64,000 nt of DNA from Bacteroidales bacterium (GTDB taxonomy: Bacteria; Bacteroidota; Bacteroidia; Bacteroidales; BM520): positions 3,426-67,425 of the forward strand of contig JAQWAE010000006.1 of assembly GCA_028707815.1 (NCBI GenBank), given 5' to 3'. The stretch's first letter is position 1. Every line of letters starts with the position of its first letter. A program made the position numbers and the translations under genes. This document shows positions 28,507 through 37,140 of the stretch, piece by piece. The notes under the pieces were generated by a model that ran no database searches, had not been told where the DNA came from, and worked only from the letters and a program-made list of their open reading frames with translations.

Positions 28507-31311
28507 TCATAAATATTTGGCAGTATAACTTTTTCTTGATTTTTTTATTTGTTGAGGTGACCCCATAGCTATGATAGAGCCTCCTTTTTCACCACCTTCA
28601 GGTCCCATGTCGATAATATAATCGGCAGATTTTATCACGTCAATGTTGTGTTCTATAATGATGACTGTATTGCCCTTGTCTACAAGTTTGTTCACTACTT
28701 TAAGAAACACCTTGATGTCTTCGAAATGCAGACCTGTTGTTGGTTCATCTAAGATATATAAGGTGTTGCCTGTGTCGCGTTTACTCAGCTCGGCAACAAG
28801 TTTTATTCTCTGTGCCTCGCCGCCGGAAAGGGTAGTAGCCGATTGTCCTAATTTAAGATAGCCCAATCCAACTTCCTGCATATAACTTATCTTACGAATT
28901 ATACTTGGCACATTGCTGAAAAATTCCACAGCCTGATTTATTGTCATGTCAAGTACATCAGCAATGGATTTACCTTTATAACGAATCTCTAATGTCTCTC
29001 TGTTATAGCGTTTGCCCTGACATTTAGGACATTTTATATGAACACTCGGCATAAAGTGCATCTCAATAATTTGCTCCCCATTACCTGTACACTCTTCACA
29101 ACGCCCACCTTTTATGTTAAAAGAAAATCGTCCCGAAGTGTACCCCCGCATCTTCGATTGTGGCGTTAAAGCAAAAAGTTCCCTGATGTCGGTGAATACA
29201 TTGGTGTATGTAGCAGGATTGGAACGCGAACTTTTTCCAATAGGCGATTGGTCTATAGCAATGACTTTGTCGATGTTTTTTATGCCCGTTATTTCTGAAT
29301 AGGGTAGAATATTACGCTTTCCGTTATATAAAGTGTTGACTAATAATGGATAAAGTGTCTGATTTATCAACGATGATTTTCCGCTGCCTGATACGCCTGT
29401 TACACATATCAACTTGTTTAATGGAATTGTCAGGTCTATGTTTTTTAAGTTATTGCCACAGGCACCTTTAAGCTCTATGAACTTGCCGTTACCTTCTCGT
29501 AATGTTACCGGCTGCTCAATGCAAAGCTCTCCACTTAAATATTTGCCGGTTATAGACCCCGATTTGAGGATGTCGCTAATCGTACCTTGTGCAACTATAT
29601 TGCCACCAAGTCGTCCCGCCCCGGGTCCGATGTCTATTATCATGTCAGCCGCCCGCATCGTGGCTTCATCATGCTCCACAACAATTATTGAATTGCCTAA
29701 ATCTCTTAAACTCTTTAAAGAGTCTATCAACCTGTAATTGTCTCTCTGATGTAAACCTATACTCGGCTCATCAAGAATATATAAAACACCTATCAATTGT
29801 GAGCCTATCTGTGTAGCTAACCGTATACGCTGTGCCTCTCCTCCGGATAACGTCGGTGCCGACCGGTCTAAGGATAAATAGTCTAAACCTACTTCTATGA
29901 TAAAATCTATTCGCTTGATAATCTCCCTTAATATGTCTTTGGCTATCGCCTTTTTTTTATCTGAAATGTTATCAGAAACATATTTAATCCATTCTGATAA
30001 TTTACTAAATTCTAAATGAGATACTTCCGCAATGTCTTTACCACAAATCTTAAAATTCAGCGAAGATTGTTTTAACCTCGTTCCATTACATTCGGGACAT
30101 ACAGTCTCATTCATAAAAGATGTAACCCATTTGTTTGTGGATTGTATGTCGAATACCTGAGATTGCTCTTTGATGAAGTTTACTATGCCGGCAAAGTTTA
30201 AGTCATAATCAAGGTTTACTCCAAGATAACTGTTCTTTACATAGAATTTTTCTTGACCGCCCCATAAAATCATGTTGATGGCTTCTTCAGGAATGTCTTT
30301 TATCGGAGTTGATAATGAAAAGTTATATCCCTTAGCTATTGCATTGATTTGGCTGAATATCCAGCTGGCTTTGTAGTTGCCTAACGGAGCAATTCCACCG
30401 TCTTTGATGGATTTATTCCTGTCAGGAAAAATCTTGTCTATGTCTATCTCGTTTATGTATCCGAGTCCGCTGCATCGCGGACAAGCTCCGTATGGCGAGT
30501 TAAACGAAAATGCATTAGGCTCCGGCTCATTATATGAAATTCCACTCTCTGGACAAATTAATTTTTTGCTGAACGGCTTCTCGGAATTGTCATCCGAATT
30601 TACTACCGTTAAAATGTCTTTACCATATTTAAAAGCAGCTTGTACACTCTCTTTTAATCGCATGCTTGAAGAAGTACTGACATTAATGCTGTCTATTAAC
30701 AAACTGATGTCGTGAGTATTATACCTGTTGGTTTGCATGCCTGCCGTCAGCTCCTTTATCTCACCATCTACCATCACTTTTAAAAATCCCTGCCGTCTGA
30801 GCTTCTCAAATAATTCTCTGTAATGTCCTTTTCTCCCTTTGATTAATGGCGCTACTATCAAAATAGATTTGCTGTCATATTCTTTCTGAATAAGCTCAAT
30901 AATCTGATTCTCAGAATATTTGACCATCAACTTGCCTGTTGATGGAGAATACGCATCTGAAATTTTAGCAAAAAGTAAACGTAACAAATCATAAATTTCT
31001 GTAATAGTGCCAACAGTAGAGCGGGGATTTTTATTCGTAGATTTCTGCTCAATGGCAACAACAGGACATAAACCGGTGACCGAATCTACATCCGGACGGT
31101 CTAAATTGCCAATGAAATGTCTTGCATAACTTGACATAGTCTCCATGTATCGTCTTTGCCCTTCAGCATAAATAGTGTCAAAAGCAAGCGAAGATTTGCC
31201 GCTACCACTTAAACCTGTAACGACAACAAGCTGATTGTGTGGTATTACTAAATCAATATTTTTTAAATTGTTGACTCTCGCTCCCAATATTACTAATTCA
31301 TCATTTGCCAT
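28507..31311 (-). CDS. uvrA: excinuclease ABC subunit A
   Basis: 934 aa. GLSGSGKSSLAFDT and GVSGSGKSSL Walker A motifs, two LSGGE signatures, zinc-module cysteines. Confidence 0.95.
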   Translation of the reverse strand: MANDELVILGARVNNLKNIDLVIPHNQLVVVTGLSGSGKSSLAFDTIYAEGQRRYMETMSSYARHFIGNLDRPDVDSVTGLCPVVAIEQKSTNKNPRSTVGTITEIYDLLRLLFAKISDAYSPSTGKLMVKYSENQIIELIQKEYDSKSILIVAPLIKGRKGHYRELFEKLRRQGFLKVMVDGEIKELTAGMQTNRYNTHDISLLIDSINVSTSSSMRLKESVQAAFKYGKDILTVVNSDDNSEKPFSKKLICPESGISYNEPEPNAFSFNSPYGACPRCSGLGYINEIDIDKIFPDRNKSIKDGGIAPLGNYKASWIFSQINAIAKGYNFSLSTPIKDIPEEAINMILWGGQEKFYVKNSYLGVNLDYDLNFAGIVNFIKEQSQVFDIQSTNKWVTSFMNETVCPECNGTRLKQSSLNFKICGKDIAEVSHLEFSKLSEWIKYVSDNISDKKKAIAKDILREIIKRIDFIIEVGLDYLSLDRSAPTLSGGEAQRIRLATQIGSQLIGVLYILDEPSIGLHQRDNYRLIDSLKSLRDLGNSIIVVEHDEATMRAADMIIDIGPGAGRLGGNIVAQGTISDILKSGSITGKYLSGELCIEQPVTLREGNGKFIELKGACGNNLKNIDLTIPLNKLICVTGVSGSGKSSLINQTLYPLLVNTLYNGKRNILPYSEITGIKNIDKVIAIDQSPIGKSSRSNPATYTNVFTDIRELFALTPQSKMRGYTSGRFSFNIKGGRCEECTGNGEQIIEMHFMPSVHIKCPKCQGKRYNRETLEIRYKGKSIADVLDMTINQAVEFFSNVPSIIRKISYMQEVGLGYLKLGQSATTLSGGEAQRIKLVAELSKRDTGNTLYILDEPTTGLHFEDIKVFLKVVNKLVDKGNTVIIIEHNIDVIKSADYIIDMGPEGGEKGGSIIAMGSPQQIKKSRKSYTAKYL

Positions 31312-31314
31312 TTG

Positions 31315-31863
31315 TTAAATGCTAAATTTTGATATAAATTTGTTTAATGGCTTGGCTGTATTGTCTTTAGAAGAAGTTATAGGCGGAATATTTTGCCACG
31401 CTATGTTTATGTCGGCATCGTTCCAGATAATAGAATTTTCACTTTCGGGGTGATAGTACTCAGAACATTTATATTGAAAAATGGTGTTATCTTCTAAAGA
31501 TTGAAATCCGTGAGCAAAGCCTTGAGGTATCCAAAACATCAGCTTATTAGTAGATGTTAAGATAACGCCGTGCCACTTGCCATAAGTCGGAGAACCTGAG
31601 CGTATGTCTACGGCTACATCAAAAACAGCACCAGCGACAACTCTTACTAATTTGTGCTGAGCGTATGGCGGCTCTTGAAAATGTAATCCGCGTATTGTGC
31701 CTCGCTGCGATTTAGATTCGTTGTCCTGCTTGAAATCCTGATAAAGTCCAAACTCGGCGAATACCTGTTTGTTGTATGCCTCAAAAAAATACCCTCGTGC
31801 ATCTTCAAAAACTTTGGGCTTTATGACAAATAAATCCTGTATTTCGGTTTTTATTATTTCCAT
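31315..31863 (-). CDS. rfbC: dTDP-4-dehydrorhamnose 3,5-epimerase
   Basis: ..DARGYFFE.. and IRGLHFQ motifs. ATG 31863 (MEIIKTE..) chosen, which avoids overlap with lpd. Confidence 0.9.
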   Translation of the reverse strand: MEIIKTEIQDLFVIKPKVFEDARGYFFEAYNKQVFAEFGLYQDFKQDNESKSQRGTIRGLHFQEPPYAQHKLVRVVAGAVFDVAVDIRSGSPTYGKWHGVILTSTNKLMFWIPQGFAHGFQSLEDNTIFQYKCSEYYHPESENSIIWNDADINIAWQNIPPITSSKDNTAKPLNKFISKFSI

Positions 31864-31870
31864 AGATTTA

Positions 31871-33256
31871 TTATATGTGAATACATTCATTATATGCTGC
31901 TTCAAAAGCCTCCATTACAGCTTCCGACATTGTTGGGTGCGGGTGTATGGCTTTCATGATGTCATAGCCCTTGACGTGCATCTTCTTCGCAACTACAATT
32001 TCAGATATCATCTCGGTGACGTTTTCGCCCATAAAATGCGCTCCCAAAATTTCGTCATTGTCGGCGTTGAGAATTACTTTAATCATGCCTTCTTTGTTTC
32101 CTGAAGCTGTTGCTTTGCCTGAAGCTGTGAATGGAAATCTTCCTATCTTCAAGTTATAACCCTGCGCAATGGCTTTCTCTTCGGTCAAGCCTACGGAGGC
32201 AATCTCAGGACTGCAATATGTACAGCCCGGAACGTTGGCATAATCTACCGGTGTCGGTGACAAACCGGCGATTTTTTCAACACAGCAAATACCTTCAGCG
32301 GAAGCTACATGCGCTAAAGCTTGCCCCGGAACAATGTCACCAATGGCATAAATGCCGTCAACGGAAGTTTTATAATATTCGTCAACAATAATTTTGCCGC
32401 GTTCTGTCTTTACGCCTATATCTTCAAGCCCAATGTTCTCTATGTTGGTGATAACACCGGCAGCCATCAGAACTATTTCTGATTCAACAGTTTCAATGCC
32501 TTTAGGCGTTTGTATTGTGGAAATACAGCCCTCACCGGAAGTGTCTACAGCTGTAACAGAAGAAGAGGTCATAACCTTCATCTTCATTTTCTTCAGCTCG
32601 CGGGTCATCAATTTGGTAAGCTCTTTATCTTCAACAGGTAAAATGTCAGGCATAAATTCCACTAAGGTGATGTCGGTTCCGATGGTTTTGTAAAAATAGG
32701 CAAATTCCATTCCTATGGCTCCTGAACCTATGACAAGCATGCTCTTTGGCTGCTTTGTCAGTGTCATGGCTTCTCTGTAGCCTATGATTTTTTTATGGTC
32801 ACGCTTGATGTTTGGCAGGTCGCGGGAACGTGCACCCGTAGCTAAAATGATGTGTTCAGCTTCAATTAATGTTTTACTGCCATCTTCATTGGTCACTTCT
32901 ATTGTCTTGTTATCTAATAATTTACCAACGCCCTGTACTACGTCTATCTTGTTTTTTTTAAATAAAAAGTTGATGCCTTTGTTCATCGTGTCAGCTACAC
33001 TTCTGCTTCTTGCTATTATTGTACCGAAATCTGCGGTAGGCGTTGCCGCCTCAATGCCGTAATGAGAAGCATTCATGATATATTTGTATACCGAAGCACT
33101 TTTAAGTAATGCTTTAGTTGGAATACAACCCCAATTTAAGCACGTGCCGCCAAGCTCGGCTTTTTCGATTACTACTACATTAAATCCTAATTGTTTTGCC
33201 CTGATAGCAGCAACATAGCCGCCGGGACCACTTCCTATGATTGCAATATTATACAT
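31871..33256 (-). CDS. lpdA: dihydrolipoyl dehydrogenase
   Basis: GSGPGGY FAD motif, redox-active GGTCLNWGCIPTK, C-terminal HPHPTMSE. Confidence 0.9.
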   Translation of the reverse strand: MYNIAIIGSGPGGYVAAIRAKQLGFNVVVIEKAELGGTCLNWGCIPTKALLKSASVYKYIMNASHYGIEAATPTADFGTIIARSRSVADTMNKGINFLFKKNKIDVVQGVGKLLDNKTIEVTNEDGSKTLIEAEHIILATGARSRDLPNIKRDHKKIIGYREAMTLTKQPKSMLVIGSGAIGMEFAYFYKTIGTDITLVEFMPDILPVEDKELTKLMTRELKKMKMKVMTSSSVTAVDTSGEGCISTIQTPKGIETVESEIVLMAAGVITNIENIGLEDIGVKTERGKIIVDEYYKTSVDGIYAIGDIVPGQALAHVASAEGICCVEKIAGLSPTPVDYANVPGCTYCSPEIASVGLTEEKAIAQGYNLKIGRFPFTASGKATASGNKEGMIKVILNADNDEILGAHFMGENVTEMISEIVVAKKMHVKGYDIMKAIHPHPTMSEAVMEAFEAAYNECIHI

Positions 33257-33267
33257 GTCGTTGTCTG

Positions 33268-33939
33268 TTAAAATTTAAAATATATTCCTAAACTGATGTC
33301 GCCCTGAATAAATGTGGTGTACGAATTTAAACTTAAACTCGGATAAATACCACCACTTCCAATATTGATGCCTAAACCGCTTCCGGTAAAAGTCATTGGT
33401 AACAATGCTCTGCCCTGAAGCCTTAAACCAATGTGCCTGTTGATGTCATATTTTAATCCAACACCTGCTGTGGCTGCAAAAAGCCAATTGTCTGTGTCAA
33501 AATCGTCAGGCGCTGTGTTGTATATGGCTTTTGTCTTAATGTTGACGGCTCCAATAGATAACATTCCGTATGGACGTAATGATTGGTTACGTGTCAAATA
33601 TCTTATACCTCCAAGCTGAAGATAATGTATGTGAGTTTGTAATTCGACAGATCCTACTAATAAATCGTTATTTTCAAGTACACTTTTGGGATTTGCTCCC
33701 GTATAACTTAGCTCTATATCGGTGCCGCTCGGTAATGAAAAACTTAAAGCAACTGAGTAGTCAATGGCGTTGTTGATGTCGTAATTGTTGATATGCCCGC
33801 CAATGAAAAATCCTGAATTTACAGCAAATTCAAAATTTGTTTTGTTGCTGTAAGCATTTTTATTTGATGTGACATCGTATTGTGCCGTGAGCTGAAAACA
33901 TATTAAAATAACTGTAATGGAAAAAAATAATTGCTTCAT
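33268..33939 (-). CDS. outer-membrane beta-barrel protein (hypothetical)
   Basis: Signal peptide, alternating beta-strand pattern, terminal ..LGIYFKF. Confidence 0.55.
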   Translation of the reverse strand: MKQLFFSITVILICFQLTAQYDVTSNKNAYSNKTNFEFAVNSGFFIGGHINNYDINNAIDYSVALSFSLPSGTDIELSYTGANPKSVLENNDLLVGSVELQTHIHYLQLGGIRYLTRNQSLRPYGMLSIGAVNIKTKAIYNTAPDDFDTDNWLFAATAGVGLKYDINRHIGLRLQGRALLPMTFTGSGLGINIGSGGIYPSLSLNSYTTFIQGDISLGIYFKF

Positions 33940-33941
33940 GC

Positions 33942-34223
33942 TTATCTGTTTTTACGTTTTTGTGTAGGTAAATTGTGCAGATGTCTTGCATTATATTTTT
34001 TGACAATGTAATCTTTGGGCGGTGGCGATTTTTTTTTCTCCATTGCAGAATATGATTTGGTCGCTTGTGAAGGATGCTTTTTGCCGGTACGAAATCCTTC
34101 CGGCGATGCTAAACACTTTTTATTGCCGGTAATACTGTTCGCAGTTGTAGAACAACTTGCTACAATAAAAACTGTAAAAAAGACAAAAGTCCAAATCAAT
34201 ATATTTTTACGCCGAATTTGCAT
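33942..34223 (-). CDS. small, highly basic lipoprotein (hypothetical)
   Basis: Lipobox VASCS. The start overlaps the dapA stop by 1 nt (TAATG). Confidence 0.5.
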   Translation of the reverse strand: MQIRRKNILIWTFVFFTVFIVASCSTTANSITGNKKCLASPEGFRTGKKHPSQATKSYSAMEKKKSPPPKDYIVKKYNARHLHNLPTQKRKNR

Positions 34224-35116
34224 TATTTTATCGCTAAAATAGTCTGAATTTCATTTGCTATTTCATTGTATAGATTACCACTGACAGGCATTAACGGAAG
34301 CCTTAGTATGTTGTCGCAATATCCTAAATACTGTAATGCTGCTTTTATACCCGCCGGATTACCTTCTCTGAATATCAATCTTGTAAAATTGAATAATAAA
34401 TTATGAATTTTGAGCGCAGTGTCAAAATCTTTGTCGTATGCTAAATGTATCATTTTTGCATACTCGCTCGGAAATATGTTGCCTACAACGGAAATAGCTC
34501 CGTCAGCACCAAGAAGCATATATGGCAGGTTTAGCATATCATCACCCGATAATACACTGAAATCTTCAGGCTTGTTGTGGCAGATTGTCATAAATTGCTC
34601 CATGTTACCGGAGGCTTCTTTTATGCCTACTACATTTTTACATGTGTCTGCTATTTTTAAACAAGTCTCTGCCGTAATGTTAGATGCTGTTCTGCCAGGT
34701 ACATTGTATATAATTACCGGACAAAACGAACTTGTCGAAATTAATTTGAAATGTTCATAAATACCTTGCTGACTCGGCTTGTTATAATATGGCGCAACTG
34801 ATAATATGCCGTCAATTTTATATTTGGCTATTTCATAAATCCTGCTGATTACAGACTGTGTCGAGTTTCCCGAACACCCTACGATTAAAGGAATACGAGA
34901 ATTGATTATCTCTGTCGAATACTCAATAATCATGTTCTGTTCCGATTTGGATATTGTTGAAGCCTCTCCTGTTGAACCTAATAGTACAATATAATCTACT
35001 CCTCTTTCTATGAGATTGTTAATAATGTAACCTAAAGAGGCATAATCAACACTCGTATTTGTGTTGAAAGGGGTTATTACTGCTACCCCTGCTCCGGTAA
35101 ATAGTTTTTGTTTCAT
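34223..35116 (-). CDS. dapA: 4-hydroxy-tetrahydrodipicolinate synthase
   Basis: LLGSTGE motif and Schiff-base lysine context VVGIKEASG. Confidence 0.9.
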   Translation of the reverse strand: MKQKLFTGAGVAVITPFNTNTSVDYASLGYIINNLIERGVDYIVLLGSTGEASTISKSEQNMIIEYSTEIINSRIPLIVGCSGNSTQSVISRIYEIAKYKIDGILSVAPYYNKPSQQGIYEHFKLISTSSFCPVIIYNVPGRTASNITAETCLKIADTCKNVVGIKEASGNMEQFMTICHNKPEDFSVLSGDDMLNLPYMLLGADGAISVVGNIFPSEYAKMIHLAYDKDFDTALKIHNLLFNFTRLIFREGNPAGIKAALQYLGYCDNILRLPLMPVSGNLYNEIANEIQTILAIK

Positions 35117-35653
35117 TTATTCTTGTATTGATTTAATAGTTAAATAAGCATATATTGCTTCGATATATTCTGTCGCCTTAGCTTCTTTGTTTAAGGCAAA
35201 TTTTATGTCTGAATATTTTGAGGTCTCTAAATCTGAAGACGAAACTTTTAATTTTGCCTTCGATAAAGAAAAAATATATTTTATGACAAAACTGTCAGAA
35301 TGCGAAAAATCAATCAGATAATCAAATGATTTTTCAATAAATTCGTTGACGGCTTTATTATTGGGAATACCCCAAAAATTAGTGTCGGCTTTACGTATTA
35401 CAAACTCTTCCGAAGTACAATAAATAGGAAGGTCTTTACCGGCAAAATAATATATAATGGCTACCTTTTTGCCTTCTGAAATAAATTGCTGCGCTAATTT
35501 AATCGATTGATTATACAAACTTTCATCACTTATATCCGCTACAAACCCAATTTCCATCGCTTGGCTTATAGGAATATACCTCACAACCCTGCTATCTACC
35601 TTAGATAACAACTTGTTTAATTTTACGTTGCTTATGTTTGTTAATAAACTCAT
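35117..35653 (-). CDS. conserved hypothetical protein directly abutting dapA
   Basis: 178-aa ORF with no recognisable motif. The stop is contiguous with the dapA start, and it has its own -7 box. Confidence 0.5.
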   Translation of the reverse strand: MSLLTNISNVKLNKLLSKVDSRVVRYIPISQAMEIGFVADISDESLYNQSIKLAQQFISEGKKVAIIYYFAGKDLPIYCTSEEFVIRKADTNFWGIPNNKAVNEFIEKSFDYLIDFSHSDSFVIKYIFSLSKAKLKVSSSDLETSKYSDIKFALNKEAKATEYIEAIYAYLTIKSIQE

Positions 35654-35686
35654 TATTAATTTTAACAGCTTACATTAAAGCTGTTG

Positions 35687-35694
35687 CAAAGGTA
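35687..35694 (-). promoter_or_regulatory. -7 promoter box (TACCTTTG on the minus strand)
   Basis: CAAAGGTA on the plus strand, 34 nt upstream of ATG 35653. It heads a nearly gapless minus-strand gene string running 35653 to 28053. Confidence 0.45.
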
Positions 35695-35840
35695 CATTTA
35701 ATTTTTAGATTAATTTTTTTATTTGGTTAAATAAATTTAAAAATAATGTTATATTTATCTTCCAAGAATTGTTTCTATTTTATCATTGAAAAAAAATAAA
35801 AAAAACAATTTAAAAACAACGTGATGATAAAAAAATAATG

Positions 35841-35848
35841 TATCTTTG
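35841..35848 (+). promoter_or_regulatory. -7 promoter box TATCTTTG for tRNA-His
   Basis: Exact consensus match 16 nt upstream of the tRNA 5' end. Confidence 0.55.
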
Positions 35849-35863
35849 CACCCGATTTTAGAT

Positions 35864-35938
35864 GGTGGATGTAGCTCAGTTGGTTAGAGTACCGGATTGT
35901 GGTTCCGAGGGTCGAGGGTTCGAATCCCTTCTTCCACC
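35864..35938 (+). tRNA. tRNA-His (anticodon GTG)
   Basis: Cloverleaf folded by hand. It has an encoded G-1 opposite C73 (a His identity element), anticodon loop TTGTGGT, and T-loop TTCGAAT. CCA is not encoded. Confidence 0.9.
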
Positions 35939-35947
35939 CCCCTTAAT

Positions 35948-35978
35948 AAAAAAAGCCGAATTTAATTCGGCTTTTTTT
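35948..35978. terminator. bidirectional intrinsic terminator
   Basis: AAAAAAAGCCGAATTTAATTCGGCTTTTTTT sits after tRNA-His (+) and at the end of the anti-sigma-like gene (-). Confidence 0.7.
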
Positions 35979-36393
35979 ATATCCTCTGATGTTCGTTTAC
36001 ATTCCTTTTGTTTGAAATACTGTAAATTACAGAAATGACGAAAATAGTTATTGATATGTATATCAGTATATGTGACACTATGTCTTTATTTATACTATCC
36101 AATGAAAACGTTTTTATAAAACAAACAACTTTTAATAAAGCCGGCGCAAATATATAGTCGATAAAATATCGCAACTGCGACTTAAATATTAAAATTATAC
36201 TCGCAACTGCTAATGCTATAGAGCCTGATGCAATACATATAAATGTTGCCAACGGCATTGTATTCAGCTTATACTTTGAATAAATGTTTATTCTATTCAT
36301 CACTGAATCAGCAAAATTAACTCTTGGCGTGTCTAATTCTATATTCTCAAATAATTTGATTAAGCAATCTTCTTTTTTATTCATATTATTCAT
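35977..36393 (-). CDS. putative anti-sigma factor (small membrane protein, ~3 TM)
   Basis: Overlaps the 3' end of the ECF sigma gene by 8 nt. Has a cytoplasmic N-terminus followed by TM helices. No family motif recognised. Confidence 0.5.
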   Translation of the reverse strand: MNNMNKKEDCLIKLFENIELDTPRVNFADSVMNRINIYSKYKLNTMPLATFICIASGSIALAVASIILIFKSQLRYFIDYIFAPALLKVVCFIKTFSLDSINKDIVSHILIYISITIFVISVIYSISNKRNVNEHQRI

Positions 36394-36928
36394 ATTTACT
36401 TAATTTCAACAATAATTTTTTTCTTGTCCTAAATAATTTTATCTTTACATTGGAAATGCTGTTTCCTGTAATTTCCGCTATTTCTTCTACCGACTTGCCC
36501 ATATTGTAAAAAAGTGATAACAATAATGCTTCATCCGGCTTAAGTATAGCTATTTCCTCTTTAAGGTGCTTAAGCATCTCGTCAGAATATGTTATGTTGA
36601 CATCATCATCACATTCTTCTGCTATATCTGAACTTTCTGAAATAGATACAAAATAATTTCTCTCCTGCTTTATGTAGTTAACGGCTTCGTGATATGCAAT
36701 AGCGTATAACCACGTGGAAAATTTGGAATTACCTTTGTAACTTGACAACGATTTATATGCTTTGAGAAACACATTTTGCGCAACGTCTTGCGAATTTTCT
36801 CGGTCGCATACAACTTTACCGACTATTGTAAATACCATATTTTGATACTTATTTACAATAAAAGAAAAAGCATTGACATTACCATTTATGGTCTGCTCAA
36901 CATATATGAAATCTTCGTCATCTTTCAT
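36386..36928 (-). CDS. ECF-type RNA polymerase sigma-70 factor
   Basis: Region 2 (..DVAQNVFLKAYKSL..WLYAIAYHEAVNY..) and region 4 HTH (SVEEIAEITGNSISNVKIKLFRTRKKL). Confidence 0.85.
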   Translation of the reverse strand: MKDDEDFIYVEQTINGNVNAFSFIVNKYQNMVFTIVGKVVCDRENSQDVAQNVFLKAYKSLSSYKGNSKFSTWLYAIAYHEAVNYIKQERNYFVSISESSDIAEECDDDVNITYSDEMLKHLKEEIAILKPDEALLLSLFYNMGKSVEEIAEITGNSISNVKIKLFRTRKKLLLKLSKYE

Positions 36929-36963
36929 CGTTTATTTAGACTGTAAAGTTGTGACTTGGTTAC

Positions 36964-36996
36964 AAAAAAAAGGCGATGATTTCAAAAATCATCGCC
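36964..36996 (-). terminator. intrinsic terminator following tRNA-Pro
   Basis: 9-bp stem GGCGATGAT/ATCATCGCC (36972-36980 / 36988-36996) with a 7-nt loop, followed on the minus strand by T8. Confidence 0.7.
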
Positions 36997-37006
36997 ACAA
37001 AAATAG

Positions 37007-37081
37007 TCGGGATGAGAGGATTTGAACCTCCGGCCTCTTCGTCCCGAACGAAGCGCGCTAGCCAGACTGCGCTACACCCCG
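37007..37081 (-). tRNA. tRNA-Pro (anticodon CGG)
   Basis: Reverse complement is CGGGGTGTAGCGCAGTCTGGCTAGCGCGCTTCGTTCGGGACGAAGAGGCCGGAGGTTCAAATCCTCTCATCCCGA. Cloverleaf folded by hand, with anticodon loop TTCGGGA. Confidence 0.9.
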
Positions 37082-37140
37082 ATTTTTGGTTTGCAAAAGT
37101 ATAATAATATTTCTAACAAACCAAATATTTTTTCTGTTTT

